The notes beneath the pieces are model-generated. The model did no database searches, was not told where the DNA came from, and worked only from the letters and a program-made list of their open reading frames with translations. From a virus: a stretch of DNA of 64,000 nucleotides. The stretch is from the IMG/VR virus record IMGVR_UViG_3300033145_002224, positions 37,438 to 101,437 of that record. One strand, written 5' to 3'. Both the position numbers and the translations under genes were made by a program. Positions 21,403 through 31,981 of the stretch are shown piece after piece. Within the stretch, counting starts at the first letter, position 1; every line of letters begins with the position of its first letter.

Positions 21403-21420
21403 ATTATACCATAAGTACCC
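21403..21420 (-). promoter_or_regulatory. Conserved phage promoter motif GGGTACTTATGGTATAAT
   Basis: Identical 18-mer to 11750-11767. Confidence 0.75.
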
Positions 21421-21440
21421 CTATTCTTTGCTAAAATTGC

Positions 21441-21842
21441 TTACTTTTGTCCCTTTAAACGTTTTCTTAGTAATTTTAATGATACCCCCCTTTCATATGG
21501 TAAATAAATCACTGGTAATCCATATAAAAAATCTTTTTTAAATTTAATCTTTCTATTATCACCTATAAAAATAACATCTGGATTATATCTTTTTATAGAC
21601 TCTATTTTATCAAAATCATTTGACTGCATATCTACATCATCAACATATTTATTAGCCATAACTATTTTAAATCTCTGATAAAATGGGACTATTGGTAAAT
21701 ATCCATTCTTTTCTTCTATATATTCATCGGTAGAAACGCATACAACTAATCTACTACATAAACTATTAGCCATTCTGAGTGACATTAGATGACCATATCC
21801 AAAAAGGTCAAAGCTTCCATAGAGCATTCCTATTTTATACAT
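21441..21842 (-). CDS. TagD-like cytidylyltransferase (CTP_transf_like)
   Basis: YGSFDLFGYGH (degenerate HxGH), VSTDE, GD and GVS motifs. Confidence 0.8.
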   Translation of the reverse strand: MYKIGMLYGSFDLFGYGHLMSLRMANSLCSRLVVCVSTDEYIEEKNGYLPIVPFYQRFKIVMANKYVDDVDMQSNDFDKIESIKRYNPDVIFIGDNRKIKFKKDFLYGLPVIYLPYERGVSLKLLRKRLKGQK

Positions 21843-22497
21843 GATTTTTATGATTATTAATTGGTATTGTTAGAGCTTCTTCCACCGACCAATTCCATCT
21901 ATTTATACGTTCACGAAGTGTAGATTTGTTTATACCTGTTTTTTCTGCCCATTGTTTCATACTTAAAGCCTGTTTATTAAAAATAAGTATATGATTATTT
22001 CTTCTGTTATTAGCTTGTTTTTTATATGTAGACCATTCACAGTTTTCTAAATAATAATTTTTATCATTATTTATTCTATCTATAGTCGTTTGTTTTTCTC
22101 CATATTTATTTATATGTTTTAGATAGTTTTTATACATATCATCTCTAAAATTCTCAAATTTTAACCACCTATCACAAACAATAATTCCTCGTCCACCATA
22201 GTTTTTGTATGCTTCATGTTTTTTATTAAAGCATCTAGTCTTCATATTTCTCCAAACTCTATAAAAACGAGTTTTATACATTCCATGTTTTTTCCCATTA
22301 ATATTATTACTTCTTATACATCCACAACTTTTAGTATTCCCATGTACCACATGTCCCTTACGAATTATTCTTTCTTTTCCACAATCACATTTAAAAAGCC
22401 AAAGATGATGACCATCGTTCCCAGTATTACTGAATCTAACTGCGGTTAATTTATTATATTTTTTTCCTGTAATATCTATGTTTTTATATTTATTCAT
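21835..22497 (-). CDS. HNH homing endonuclease-like protein
   Basis: CDCG, KSCGC, YGGRGI.VCDRW, TIDRINND..Y..ENC motifs; ATG at 22497 is a likelier start than the track's 22530. Confidence 0.85.
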   Translation of the reverse strand: MNKYKNIDITGKKYNKLTAVRFSNTGNDGHHLWLFKCDCGKERIIRKGHVVHGNTKSCGCIRSNNINGKKHGMYKTRFYRVWRNMKTRCFNKKHEAYKNYGGRGIIVCDRWLKFENFRDDMYKNYLKHINKYGEKQTTIDRINNDKNYYLENCEWSTYKKQANNRRNNHILIFNKQALSMKQWAEKTGINKSTLRERINRWNWSVEEALTIPINNHKNHV

Positions 22498-23122
22498 ATT
22501 TCCTTTGTTTAAATAATTTTTTACACACACTAGCTAGTTTCTTCTCGTCAATCTTGTGATTAACATACCGACCAAGCTCTTTTAATGGTTCATCTCCAAT
22601 ATAATCATCTGGATACATTACTGAAACATGTGGAATGTTATATTTATTAACCAAATAATATATATTACCAATTCTTGCCATGAAGTCTGCATAAATATTA
22701 ACCAGTGGCTCTGTCGGTGCTCCACCATAGGCTCTATCAGCTCTTTTTGCACTATTTGCTGAGTCCCAAACATCTCGTAAACAAATAATAACTAAGTCAA
22801 TTGGAAAATCTATTTTTATCCATGCCTCTAATGTTTTAGAAAGTCGTGGATCTTTAACAAAATCAATCCTGTCCGGCTGTAAATTTATTTCATCCCTTAT
22901 TTCTTTCGCCCTACTGAGCATAAAATCCATTGATAGCCAACGATTCAATTTATAACAACGCGGTCCGATATGTCTGTTAAGTTTTGAGAATTCAGCATCC
23001 TCAAGTCCAGCTCTAGACGTACCATACCATCTTACCTTCTCACCAAACTTCCCACCACATTCCCTTAATATTCGTGCTAGAATTGATGTTCCACTCCTCC
23101 CACTTCCAGTTATAAAAATCAT
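22490..23122 (-). CDS. Sulfotransferase-family protein
   Basis: ITGSGRSGTS PAPS-binding loop, KDPR, R-D...S motif. Confidence 0.8.
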   Translation of the reverse strand: MIFITGSGRSGTSILARILRECGGKFGEKVRWYGTSRAGLEDAEFSKLNRHIGPRCYKLNRWLSMDFMLSRAKEIRDEINLQPDRIDFVKDPRLSKTLEAWIKIDFPIDLVIICLRDVWDSANSAKRADRAYGGAPTEPLVNIYADFMARIGNIYYLVNKYNIPHVSVMYPDDYIGDEPLKELGRYVNHKIDEKKLASVCKKLFKQRKYE

Positions 23123-23643
23123 ACTTGTAAAATCCCTAATCCAGCCATACCATAATTAAGGGATATTTTATTAAGGCCCTCAAACTCAGGTGAATTCCAA
23201 AGATCTTTAACTCCATGTTTCTCAATGTTAATATCATGAAAAATAATAAAACCACCTTTCTCAACTAAAGAAGCATATAGTTCATAATCCCTTTTTACAC
23301 CCTCATAAGAATGGTCACCATCAATTAATAAAAAACTATATTTTTTATCATCTACAAACGATAGTGTCTCAATTTTACTAGAGTTGGCAACAACATTATT
23401 CCAATATGGTTTTAAGTCATCAGATAAAATATTTGTAAGTCGTGATTTTATATCAATAGACGTTAAAAGACCATGCTTATTTTCGTGCATGGCAGATAGT
23501 ATAACGCGTGTGCTTTGCCCTTTCATGACACCAATCTCTAAGACATAATCAGGTCTCATTTCAAGCGTCATTTCATAAAGTAAAAGAGTATATGGTCGCA
23601 TTGCTCTTCTCATTTTTTTCATCTCTAAAATTGTGTTGTTCAT
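23119..23643 (-). CDS. Class I SAM methyltransferase (Methyltransf_24-like)
   Basis: VLEIGV..G.S, IDGDHSYEGV..D, GGFIIFHD. Confidence 0.9.
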   Translation of the reverse strand: MNNTILEMKKMRRAMRPYTLLLYEMTLEMRPDYVLEIGVMKGQSTRVILSAMHENKHGLLTSIDIKSRLTNILSDDLKPYWNNVVANSSKIETLSFVDDKKYSFLLIDGDHSYEGVKRDYELYASLVEKGGFIIFHDINIEKHGVKDLWNSPEFEGLNKISLNYGMAGLGILQV

Positions 23644-24485
23644 AGTTTTAAATTATTTTCTTTTAAATATTGTTTAATTGTTAGGTCGTGTGGACTGGAA
23701 AATATTTCACCGTATTCCTCCGGTGTATATCTATTAGCCTCTTTTTCTAAGTGCCATAATTTAGTATTAAGATAATTGTCCCAGTTTTCTGCTATCTTCC
23801 ATTTCCAATGATCTAATCTCCATTGTCGTTTCTCCTGTGTTAGCATTGCAAGGTGAACATTAAGACGCATTACTCTTATCTTCTGTTTTTTTTCAATTGG
23901 ATATATGTGACATAATCCCTTATATGGTGTAAATGTTTGTTGTAAATCTGGCTTAAAAATACGTAGGTGGGTGTGCATGCATTCTTGACGAACAGTAAAC
24001 ATATCACCAAAAACATCAACTGGTTTCATGATTACAGCCTTTTTATCGTCCTGACCGGCTAATTGTTTTAATATAACTTCTACATGATCTGAGAACAGTT
24101 CATCAGAATCCGGGGCCATTACAATATCTATCTTCTCACCTCCTTTAATCAACCCAAGAATATGTTGTAACATAACCTCTCTAATTTCACCTTGTATAGT
24201 GTTGAAACGCTTAAAAAGCCCCCTTACTCGCGTTTCATGGGCATCTTTAGTCCATTTACCGCCTAAACTGTTTCGTACGTTAGAGTCAAATATTTCAACT
24301 CTTTTACTGTATTGTTTTTTATAGTTTTCAACTATCCTTCTTGTTTTTCTGTCCTCATTATCCAACATTATAATTATCCTATCTGTCCACTTTAATAATG
24401 CTGGAATTGTATGATGTAGAATATCACCACACCTCGAAACCATCATTGCTCCAACTATATTTTTTTTCTCTAAAAAGTTTCTCAT
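23640..24485 (-). CDS. GT-A fold glycosyltransferase-like protein
   Basis: DRIIIMLD and DSDE (DxD) motifs; cluster context. Confidence 0.65.
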   Translation of the reverse strand: MRNFLEKKNIVGAMMVSRCGDILHHTIPALLKWTDRIIIMLDNEDRKTRRIVENYKKQYSKRVEIFDSNVRNSLGGKWTKDAHETRVRGLFKRFNTIQGEIREVMLQHILGLIKGGEKIDIVMAPDSDELFSDHVEVILKQLAGQDDKKAVIMKPVDVFGDMFTVRQECMHTHLRIFKPDLQQTFTPYKGLCHIYPIEKKQKIRVMRLNVHLAMLTQEKRQWRLDHWKWKIAENWDNYLNTKLWHLEKEANRYTPEEYGEIFSSPHDLTIKQYLKENNLKL

Positions 24486-25594
24486 AAATTAAAAATCTTA
24501 GTCATTCTATCCTCATCACTTAGCCCCCTCTCATAAGGTAAAGATGGATTAGATAAAACTTTTTTTGGGTCTTCATTCGAAAATAGAACCCATCCAAAAT
24601 CAATTAGATATATTTTATTTGATAATTCCATTATATTAGCGTGTTTAATGTCTCTGTGTTCTATACCATTTTCTTCTAATTCTTTTAAAATTTCCCTTGC
24701 ATCATCCTTATATAGTGAGTGATCTATCCTTCTGTGTCTTCCAACATAATCCATTATTAAATAATTATCACCTACTTCTAATATATTTGGATAATGATCA
24801 TATTCTTTAAGCATTTTATATGCCCTTAATTCCCGGTCCTTAACCCAGTTATATTTAGGACGATATATTTTTTTAATATACTTTCTGTTTATTCTTTCTA
24901 CTATAGATGTTGTCGCTCGTTTAGTACCATCAATAATCAACCATGGACGAACACAAACAAAAACTCTTCTACCACCAAGCCAACCACTGTTAGAGCCATA
25001 ATCAGCTATGATATCAAAAATGGTGCATTCTTCTACCCAATGCTTAATATCTTCTTGTGTAGCTCCAACTATTCTGGCCATACCATCGTTAGCCGCACTT
25101 TCAAAAATCAACATATCACATTTTTTAGACACCTCAAAGAGTAAGTCTTTCGCGTATTTCATACCATGCTGTTTTACTATCCACATCCATTGGGATAACC
25201 ACACAATAACATCTACCTTCTCTAGGGATTTAACCCACTCTATGGTTATTTCTCCATTAATAAATTCTACATTATCTAATTTAAGGTGCTTGGCAGCCGC
25301 CCTGGCTACATCTATACTCTGATTATCATAATCGATACCAATAACCTTAGTAGCCTTACGCTGTGCTAATCCAAGAGAAATTCCACCAACACTACAACCT
25401 ATATCAAGGATCGTTTTATTTTTTGGCTTAATAATTCTTGCAATTTGTTTCATTCGTGCCAACGTATTACCTCTATGACGTTGATGGTGATCTAGGCCAG
25501 GAAACGGTAAATCATGATATAGTTTACCATCAGCAGTAGAGCTACCCGCAAAACTACGTCCTTTTATATTTTGTACTTCTTTTTCTAAACTCAT
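24482..25594 (-). CDS. Methyltransferase-kinase fusion (WbdD-like architecture)
   Basis: N-terminal ILDIGCSVG SAM motif; C-terminal HRDIKHAN and IDFG kinase motifs. Confidence 0.85.
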   Translation of the reverse strand: MSLEKEVQNIKGRSFAGSSTADGKLYHDLPFPGLDHHQRHRGNTLARMKQIARIIKPKNKTILDIGCSVGGISLGLAQRKATKVIGIDYDNQSIDVARAAAKHLKLDNVEFINGEITIEWVKSLEKVDVIVWLSQWMWIVKQHGMKYAKDLLFEVSKKCDMLIFESAANDGMARIVGATQEDIKHWVEECTIFDIIADYGSNSGWLGGRRVFVCVRPWLIIDGTKRATTSIVERINRKYIKKIYRPKYNWVKDRELRAYKMLKEYDHYPNILEVGDNYLIMDYVGRHRRIDHSLYKDDAREILKELEENGIEHRDIKHANIMELSNKIYLIDFGWVLFSNEDPKKVLSNPSLPYERGLSDEDRMTKIFNL

Positions 25595-26232
25595 TTATTT
25601 CTACTGTAAAATATCCACGTAGGGATATGTTTTATATATATTTTATCTTCGCCCTCACCTTTAGCTATTTTTTCTAAAAGTTCAATATCAAATTTATATC
25701 GCCGCTCCGGCCTGGCATTAAAATAACCATATTTATCAAAAAGTTCTTTTTTATATAAGAACCCTCCTAAATCACATTTTTGATGTTCTATCTTACATGT
25801 CTGAATTTTCTTATAATTTGGGTCTTTTGTACTCCTTATTTCAAAATCGGTTCCTAGTAAGGTGGCACTAGGAACTTTTTTATGCATGTCGACTAGTGTT
25901 TCTAAATGATTTGGATACCAAATATTATCTTCGTCATGCAAAATTATCCAATGCTCATCCCAATTTTGCCTTCTACTCTGATGATGATAAACGAAAGAAG
26001 CCATTATCCCTATATTCCTAGCATAACAACCCGACCAATATGTTCTAATACCTAGGTCTATCCAGTGGCGTTTTTTACCATCACAATACTTCTTAAATTC
26101 TTTTCTAACCCCTGGGTTATTATCATTTATTAATATATGTTCCCACTCTGTAAATGTTTGAGCATCAACAGATTTGATTAACTTCTTTAGATTTTTAACC
26201 TGCCAACAAGCAGATATTATTGTTATTTTCAT
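25591..26232 (-). CDS. GT2 glycosyltransferase
   Basis: IKSVDAQTFTEWEHILIND, ARNIG, DEDN. Confidence 0.85.
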   Translation of the reverse strand: MKITIISACWQVKNLKKLIKSVDAQTFTEWEHILINDNNPGVRKEFKKYCDGKKRHWIDLGIRTYWSGCYARNIGIMASFVYHHQSRRQNWDEHWIILHDEDNIWYPNHLETLVDMHKKVPSATLLGTDFEIRSTKDPNYKKIQTCKIEHQKCDLGGFLYKKELFDKYGYFNARPERRYKFDIELLEKIAKGEGEDKIYIKHIPTWIFYSRNK

Positions 26233-26738
26233 GTTTTTTTAACTAAGCCCATTCCGTCTCCCCAATCTAAGTTTACTTTGGGATAATTAATCTCAGTCCA
26301 AAATTGCCTTACACCTTCCCAGTGAACAGTATCATGCATAAATATATATCCACCAGTTTTAACAAATTTTTCATAGTTATAAAAATCAGCTTTAGCCATA
26401 TCATAACTATGATTGCCATCAACTATTAATATATCTATTTGTTTATTCCAGGTTTTATGAAAATCGATAGAATTAACACAATGAAAGACCCATCTATTCT
26501 TGTATTGCTCAGGCACCCTAGCACGATTACTACAATCTTTTATATCACAACTATGTAAAATACCTTTATTGTTTTGGTCTAAACCGGCCAAAAGTGTTCT
26601 TGTTGCAAACCCATTGCGCGTTCCAATTTCTAAAATTAATTCTGGTTTAGTATTTACTACAATTTCATACATTATAAGAGCCCATGGAGTTGTTTCTTTA
26701 TATATTTTTTTATTTTCTACTATTAGTGGATGGATCAT
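26229..26738 (-). CDS. Class I SAM methyltransferase (Methyltransf_24-like)
   Basis: ILEIGT..G, VDGNHSY, GGYIFMHD; paralogous to 23119..23643. Confidence 0.9.
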   Translation of the reverse strand: MIHPLIVENKKIYKETTPWALIMYEIVVNTKPELILEIGTRNGFATRTLLAGLDQNNKGILHSCDIKDCSNRARVPEQYKNRWVFHCVNSIDFHKTWNKQIDILIVDGNHSYDMAKADFYNYEKFVKTGGYIFMHDTVHWEGVRQFWTEINYPKVNLDWGDGMGLVKKT

Positions 26739-26749
26739 TTTATTATTAT

Positions 26750-27544
26750 TTATTTATAAACTTTTTCACCAGGTAATGGTATATTAGTTAATTTATGGAC
26801 CTTAGGGTATGGTTTTTTTTCTATAGCTTGATTCATTCGCGTTAGATGACCAAATCCCCATTTACGTGGAACAACTTTATAATTTCTATCTGGTGCATAA
26901 CCCATTTTATGACTACACCATAAATTTTTTGCCCAACTTCCATCCATTTTTAAATTTGTACGAACTTTATGTAAAAAACTCACATCATCCCATACTTTTT
27001 TAGGATTTAACATTCCCATCTTTTTAAAATCAGATGACAATTGTATTCTAAAATAAGCCGACAGGGCTTTTCTCGCTGGTGCTAAATCTTCATTACCAAG
27101 AGACCAGTTCATGTTTGGTATCCTCTCAATCCTTGTACCTATTCCAGCTTGTTCGGGATATTTTTCCATAAGATCTTGAAGCTGTATTATAACATCTGGA
27201 GTAATCTTTGGTATTCTTAAATCATCCTGAGCCATCACAAAATATTCGCTTGTAACATGTCTAAATCCAATATTATATGCAGCTGAAATAGTATTTTCTG
27301 TCCTATTAATAAGAACATCAACTTTTCCTTCTTTACACTTCCGCTCAAGCATTTCTATAGTACCATCAACACTTTCGTCATCAACAACAATTAGTCTTAT
27401 TTTATCTGGATATTCAACTCTATCATAAATATAATCTATTGTTTTTTCTGTATTATCCTTTCTATTCGCTGATAACATTATAATATCAATTTTTTTATGA
27501 GGATATCTATTTTTTGGATGAACTCTATATTTTTCTTCTATCAT
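26750..27544 (-). CDS. GT2 glycosyltransferase
   Basis: IVVDDESVDGT, AYNIG, QDD. Confidence 0.9.
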   Translation of the reverse strand: MIEEKYRVHPKNRYPHKKIDIIMLSANRKDNTEKTIDYIYDRVEYPDKIRLIVVDDESVDGTIEMLERKCKEGKVDVLINRTENTISAAYNIGFRHVTSEYFVMAQDDLRIPKITPDVIIQLQDLMEKYPEQAGIGTRIERIPNMNWSLGNEDLAPARKALSAYFRIQLSSDFKKMGMLNPKKVWDDVSFLHKVRTNLKMDGSWAKNLWCSHKMGYAPDRNYKVVPRKWGFGHLTRMNQAIEKKPYPKVHKLTNIPLPGEKVYK

Positions 27545-28866
27545 CGTTTTCTACTGACACAAATAATTGATGGTTTATTAACCCCAGGAACATTTTCCAA
27601 TCTTATTATTCTATGTCTTAGAATATCGTTAATAATTATCTCTAACATTTTTTTATTCAAGGATACTTTATGAGACCCATCTAATATTGTACGTGGATGT
27701 AATTCTCCATCTGGGACAATAAATGCCATAAGCCCTCCCGGCTTCAACACTCTAAACCATTCACCTAAAACGGCTTTAACATCAGAAAAATGTTCGAGGC
27801 AATGAGAGCTCACCAAGCCGTCTACCTCATCGTCATTATAAAACCATAAATCATCACCAATGTGAACAATATCAACATTATCATACGGCCTAATATCAAT
27901 ACCGATATTTTCTTCTTTTATTTTCCTCTTACCACAACCTATATCAAGAACAATGTCACCCTTACAATATTGTTTTAATTCTTCATGCTCCCTTTTTCTA
28001 ATTGAACCAAATGTTTTTCCGTTTGACTGTTCTTCATCTTTAGGAATAAAGCCACCCATCATTCCCCAATATTTAAGTCGTTTTTTATGTTCTGCTGTAT
28101 CAGCCGGATGGGTTAATTTAATTGGTGTATTTGTTTTTGGATCAATATCTGAATATGGTTTATGGTCTGCTTGATCAATCCTTTCTGGCGAATAAGTATA
28201 ATAATCTACAAAACCCTTGTCATAACCTTTATTATGTTGATAATAACCAACATGATCTGCGTAGAGATGTGTCGCCATCGCATATTTCTTTTTAAGTTGC
28301 CATAAATTTTGTACACAGGATCTGCTCTCCCAATGGTTCATACGACCAAATGGTCTGTCAAATTTATCAAGATCATCTTTCCTCATCATCCTGAACACTG
28401 ATGGCATACTTTTTAAGGTATCAACTAATTCACTATTTTCATCCCAATCAAGACGGCTTGTGCGTTGTATCCGCATACAGATTGCTCCATATTCTGGTTC
28501 ATACTTCTTGTAGAGGTGTAGTAGCCGCTCAAGCCAACATGGGGAAAGGTCTGGTGGGAATAAATCATCTTGTGTAGTAACAATATATTCACTTTTAGCG
28601 ATCTTAAAACCCTCGTTTAAGGCCTTGCATTGCCCCACATTCTTAGGAAGATAGATTACTTCATCTACATAACCGACTGTTTTAGCACGCTTTAATATGC
28701 CCCTTGTATTATCAGTAGAAGCATTATCAATTACTATCAACCTATGTGGATATCGCGTCCGTTCATAAATACTTTTAATAGTTTTTTCCAAGAAATTAGC
28801 GCGTTGATAAGTCACAAGAAGAATATCTATCTTCTCAAAACTATTTTTATGTAGTTTTTTTTCCAT
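27541..28866 (-). CDS. GT2 glycosyltransferase fused to SAM methyltransferase
   Basis: IDNASTDNT and QDD; C-terminal LDIGCG, HCLEH, RVLKPGG; likely start MEKK at 28866. Confidence 0.9.
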   Translation of the reverse strand: MEKKLHKNSFEKIDILLVTYQRANFLEKTIKSIYERTRYPHRLIVIDNASTDNTRGILKRAKTVGYVDEVIYLPKNVGQCKALNEGFKIAKSEYIVTTQDDLFPPDLSPCWLERLLHLYKKYEPEYGAICMRIQRTSRLDWDENSELVDTLKSMPSVFRMMRKDDLDKFDRPFGRMNHWESRSCVQNLWQLKKKYAMATHLYADHVGYYQHNKGYDKGFVDYYTYSPERIDQADHKPYSDIDPKTNTPIKLTHPADTAEHKKRLKYWGMMGGFIPKDEEQSNGKTFGSIRKREHEELKQYCKGDIVLDIGCGKRKIKEENIGIDIRPYDNVDIVHIGDDLWFYNDDEVDGLVSSHCLEHFSDVKAVLGEWFRVLKPGGLMAFIVPDGELHPRTILDGSHKVSLNKKMLEIIINDILRHRIIRLENVPGVNKPSIICVSRKR

Positions 28867-28867
28867 A

Positions 28868-29200
28868 TTATTTTTTAATATTAACGTCTTCGTCGTGGTC
28901 CTTATTAAGGTGAAAACCCATTTTAAGCCAAACAATATAACAATACGTAGCTATCTTAAGTAAATCTTTCTCACGTTTAAAGTTAATAAATCTTCCAATA
29001 TATTTAGCCATTGTTCCAAGCACCCAGTCAACCCCAGTCTCACCTGGCACAATCTCACATACCCAATCAGTCACCTCTTTATCCTCTTGATTCTTTAAAT
29101 GATATTTCGCTCCTCCGTGATTGAATTGGTTCTCTAGGAGTTTCGCAAACTTTTCCCAATTCTCTTGTTTCGTTTTTACATTTGTGTTGTAGATTTTCAT
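28868..29200 (-). CDS. Small all-helical phage protein (DUF3310-like)
   Basis: HGGAKY, KYIGR, DLLKIATY pattern. Confidence 0.5.
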   Translation of the reverse strand: MKIYNTNVKTKQENWEKFAKLLENQFNHGGAKYHLKNQEDKEVTDWVCEIVPGETGVDWVLGTMAKYIGRFINFKREKDLLKIATYCYIVWLKMGFHLNKDHDEDVNIKK

Positions 29201-30626
29201 ATAATATTGGTTCTAAAAAATTATAATATATTGAATAAGAATTATATTTTTTCCATACATGACGAAACTGCAAATCAGACTTATTACTCTTTAACTCACC
29301 AACTATTTTCTTTGCTAGACGATTTAATTCTTCATTATCTCGTCCGCTATAATGCAAACTTCTAGAAGATGTAAACGGATATGATAAAATAGCATCTTCA
29401 TTAACAGCGTCATATAAACATGGTAAATCAGAATTTAATACTAATAATTGTTTTGTTATACTAGCTTCAAGCAAAATATTAGAAGAAACTTCTGCCACAG
29501 TGGCTAATATCATTAAATTAGATATTTGCATTAATTCTGCACAGACCTGGTTGGGAACCTCTGACTCTATATGATATTCTTCATCAGCCAGTAAACTAGT
29601 AATAATAAATTCATTATTATTTAATCCCATCTTTTCTGCCATTTCTTGTTTTCTCTTTAAATCATCAACCCTTTTCCTTCCATTAGCATTTGCTATTATA
29701 AGAGCTACTTTATTACCAAGCCTCTTCAATTCTACAAATATTTTAATAACAGAATCTATTCCCTTCGCATCAAACCTAGTAGAGCAAATGGGATATGTTT
29801 GAATGATGTCACGATCCCAAAGATGAAATTTATTAACAATCATTTTTGTGACTGGATGCCAATCGAACATGAACGCAGGATCTTTTTCATTTTGGACAGT
29901 TCTAATCTGATCTGGTTCAACTTTAATTGCCTTACCAAATTTCCCAGCATCAGTATAGTTAAGATATACAAACCTAGCATTTGGCATTGAAAAGTCCATA
30001 TTATGTCCTACACCAGACCTGGCAAAATTTAGCCATGGGATATCTACTCCACACTCTCGAATTGCCTCTGAAAAAGTGACCGTATCTTGTAAAAAAAAGT
30101 CATGAGTGATTGCAATATCGTAATTACCAGTTAATTCTTCTCTAAACAAATTTATTAATTTTCTCTTAACCTCCTTATTAACTACCATTTTTTCTCTCTT
30201 AAATTTAGGTATAACTCTCTCTACGTTACAACCAAGATCTTCTTTTGTCAGTTTAGAATTTTCTTGTAAAAATACTGTCACATCATGACCATATTTTAAT
30301 AATATTTTAATTTGGTTTCTCACTGCCCTGGCTGGGCTATAACTCTGCGGCATTGAGTTGAAGTGACTTACAATAACTATTTTTAGCGGTTCTTTTTTAC
30401 CGATTATCTTTGGTGGCTTGATTATATCAACTGGCTTTTCGGCTTTAATTCCCATGCTTCTAACACAAGAATCGAGTGATGGAACGATATCGTCCTGGCC
30501 AAATTTTTGCCTAAAAACATAATGTTTTAAATTGTTTTCTTCCCTGGACTCATCTTTAGTTGTTAGTGTAATGAAATAAGAGTCTAGATCTTTAGCTTTT
30601 TTAATTGTCTCATCTAAGTTATTCAT
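29079..30626 (-). CDS. GT4 (GT-B) glycosyltransferase
   Basis: GHDVTV, R...KG, E.....LLEA motifs. Confidence 0.8.
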   Translation of the reverse strand: MNNLDETIKKAKDLDSYFITLTTKDESREENNLKHYVFRQKFGQDDIVPSLDSCVRSMGIKAEKPVDIIKPPKIIGKKEPLKIVIVSHFNSMPQSYSPARAVRNQIKILLKYGHDVTVFLQENSKLTKEDLGCNVERVIPKFKREKMVVNKEVKRKLINLFREELTGNYDIAITHDFFLQDTVTFSEAIRECGVDIPWLNFARSGVGHNMDFSMPNARFVYLNYTDAGKFGKAIKVEPDQIRTVQNEKDPAFMFDWHPVTKMIVNKFHLWDRDIIQTYPICSTRFDAKGIDSVIKIFVELKRLGNKVALIIANANGRKRVDDLKRKQEMAEKMGLNNNEFIITSLLADEEYHIESEVPNQVCAELMQISNLMILATVAEVSSNILLEASITKQLLVLNSDLPCLYDAVNEDAILSYPFTSSRSLHYSGRDNEELNRLAKKIVGELKSNKSDLQFRHVWKKYNSYSIYYNFLEPILYENLQHKCKNETRELGKVCETPREPIQSRRSEISFKESRG

Positions 30627-30747
30627 ATCATTGTTGTTACAAAATAAAACTTCTCAAAAAAACACGTAGGGTAATCGTGAAAAAACCTTTGTGCAATTAA
30701 GAGAAGTTTAATTTTATACACGATTAATTAAATAAATTTTCTATATT

Positions 30748-30939
30748 CTATTTATACTTTTTACCAGTCAAAACATAACCAGCTTTTTCTACTATTTGCT
30801 TTTTACCGATTAACCATCCAATAATAGATGTAACAACTGGCATTATAACTGTAATATTTTTGTCAAAACCAATGAGAACAAAAATACCAATTAAACCAAT
30901 AGCACCTAATAGCGCCATTAATAATTCGAATTTTGTCAT
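30748..30939 (-). CDS. Small 2-TM membrane protein (holin-like)
   Basis: Two hydrophobic segments and a basic C-terminus; next to a peptidase. Confidence 0.55.
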   Translation of the reverse strand: MTKFELLMALLGAIGLIGIFVLIGFDKNITVIMPVVTSIIGWLIGKKQIVEKAGYVLTGKKYK

Positions 30940-30943
30940 ACTG

Positions 30944-31969
30944 TTATTTAGTATTAATAATATTATAATTATCTAATAAATTCTCGTTTTTGTCAATCCT
31001 ACCAACCTTTATGGCCTCTGGTTTGGTCATCTCTAACCACAGAGAATTAACCTTCCCACAAAAAATCGAATCGAAGGACCAGAATCCATAGGCAAGACCC
31101 TTTATTTCTCTATTATTTGGTAGCCTACCGATTTTACCATATAACCAAACATTAAATGCAAAGGAACGCTCACGTAAGAAACTAGTCCATGTTCTCTTTT
31201 GTCCATAGTAATTATCTACTGCTAACTCTTTCTTTAAATCCAAACTGCACCAAAGGTCCCAGACAACCTTATTAAATATTTTATATGGAATTTTAAAATA
31301 TCCTTTATCACCCCAACCAATTCCCCAGCTATTTTTACACAATACATCTTCTTTAAAATCATCAAAACCTTTAATTTCTATAGCATGACCACCCGCACTA
31401 TTCCCCCAATCATCTAATGGCAACCTACCCTCAGCACCTGGCCGATTAAAGACGGAATACCAATTCATAGACATAACAATACTATTCTTATGTGTGGTTA
31501 GTGTTTGTCTAATATCATCAATCGTATTTTCTACTCTCCAATAACTATCTGATTTATGTTTCGCTGCATCACTATAAGCAATCTCTGGGATATATTTAAC
31601 ATCAATATATTCTTCCCAAGTCATTTCTGGGCCTGGTTCTGGCATAACTGTCTGATTACAGATTCCAACATTATTAACAATTTTAAAAGAATTTCTAGTA
31701 TAGCCACCATAACTCGTATTACCCTCAAGCTCCTTGGTTAGCGCCATAATAAACCTAGCTGAACCCTCACTATTTTCTTGTCGTTCTTTGTGGTGTGCCT
31801 GTGCCTGACTTGTACATGAGCCTCTAGAAAATTGATTATTTGGAGGGAATTGTTCCTCAATCTCAAAAACCTGTTTTTCTAAACTAACAGGTTGAGTAAT
31901 TCCGGCAATACGGAAATCGCGCCTATCTTTACGATCCCTTTTAGCGCCAAATGCAAAATTGTTATTCAT
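30944..31969 (-). CDS. Papain-like C1 cysteine peptidase (possible endolysin)
   Basis: NQ...GSCT, GGHAI, NSWG..WG..GY catalytic motifs. Confidence 0.9.
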   Translation of the reverse strand: MNNNFAFGAKRDRKDRRDFRIAGITQPVSLEKQVFEIEEQFPPNNQFSRGSCTSQAQAHHKERQENSEGSARFIMALTKELEGNTSYGGYTRNSFKIVNNVGICNQTVMPEPGPEMTWEEYIDVKYIPEIAYSDAAKHKSDSYWRVENTIDDIRQTLTTHKNSIVMSMNWYSVFNRPGAEGRLPLDDWGNSAGGHAIEIKGFDDFKEDVLCKNSWGIGWGDKGYFKIPYKIFNKVVWDLWCSLDLKKELAVDNYYGQKRTWTSFLRERSFAFNVWLYGKIGRLPNNREIKGLAYGFWSFDSIFCGKVNSLWLEMTKPEAIKVGRIDKNENLLDNYNIINTK

Positions 31970-31981
31970 ATATTTATTTAT

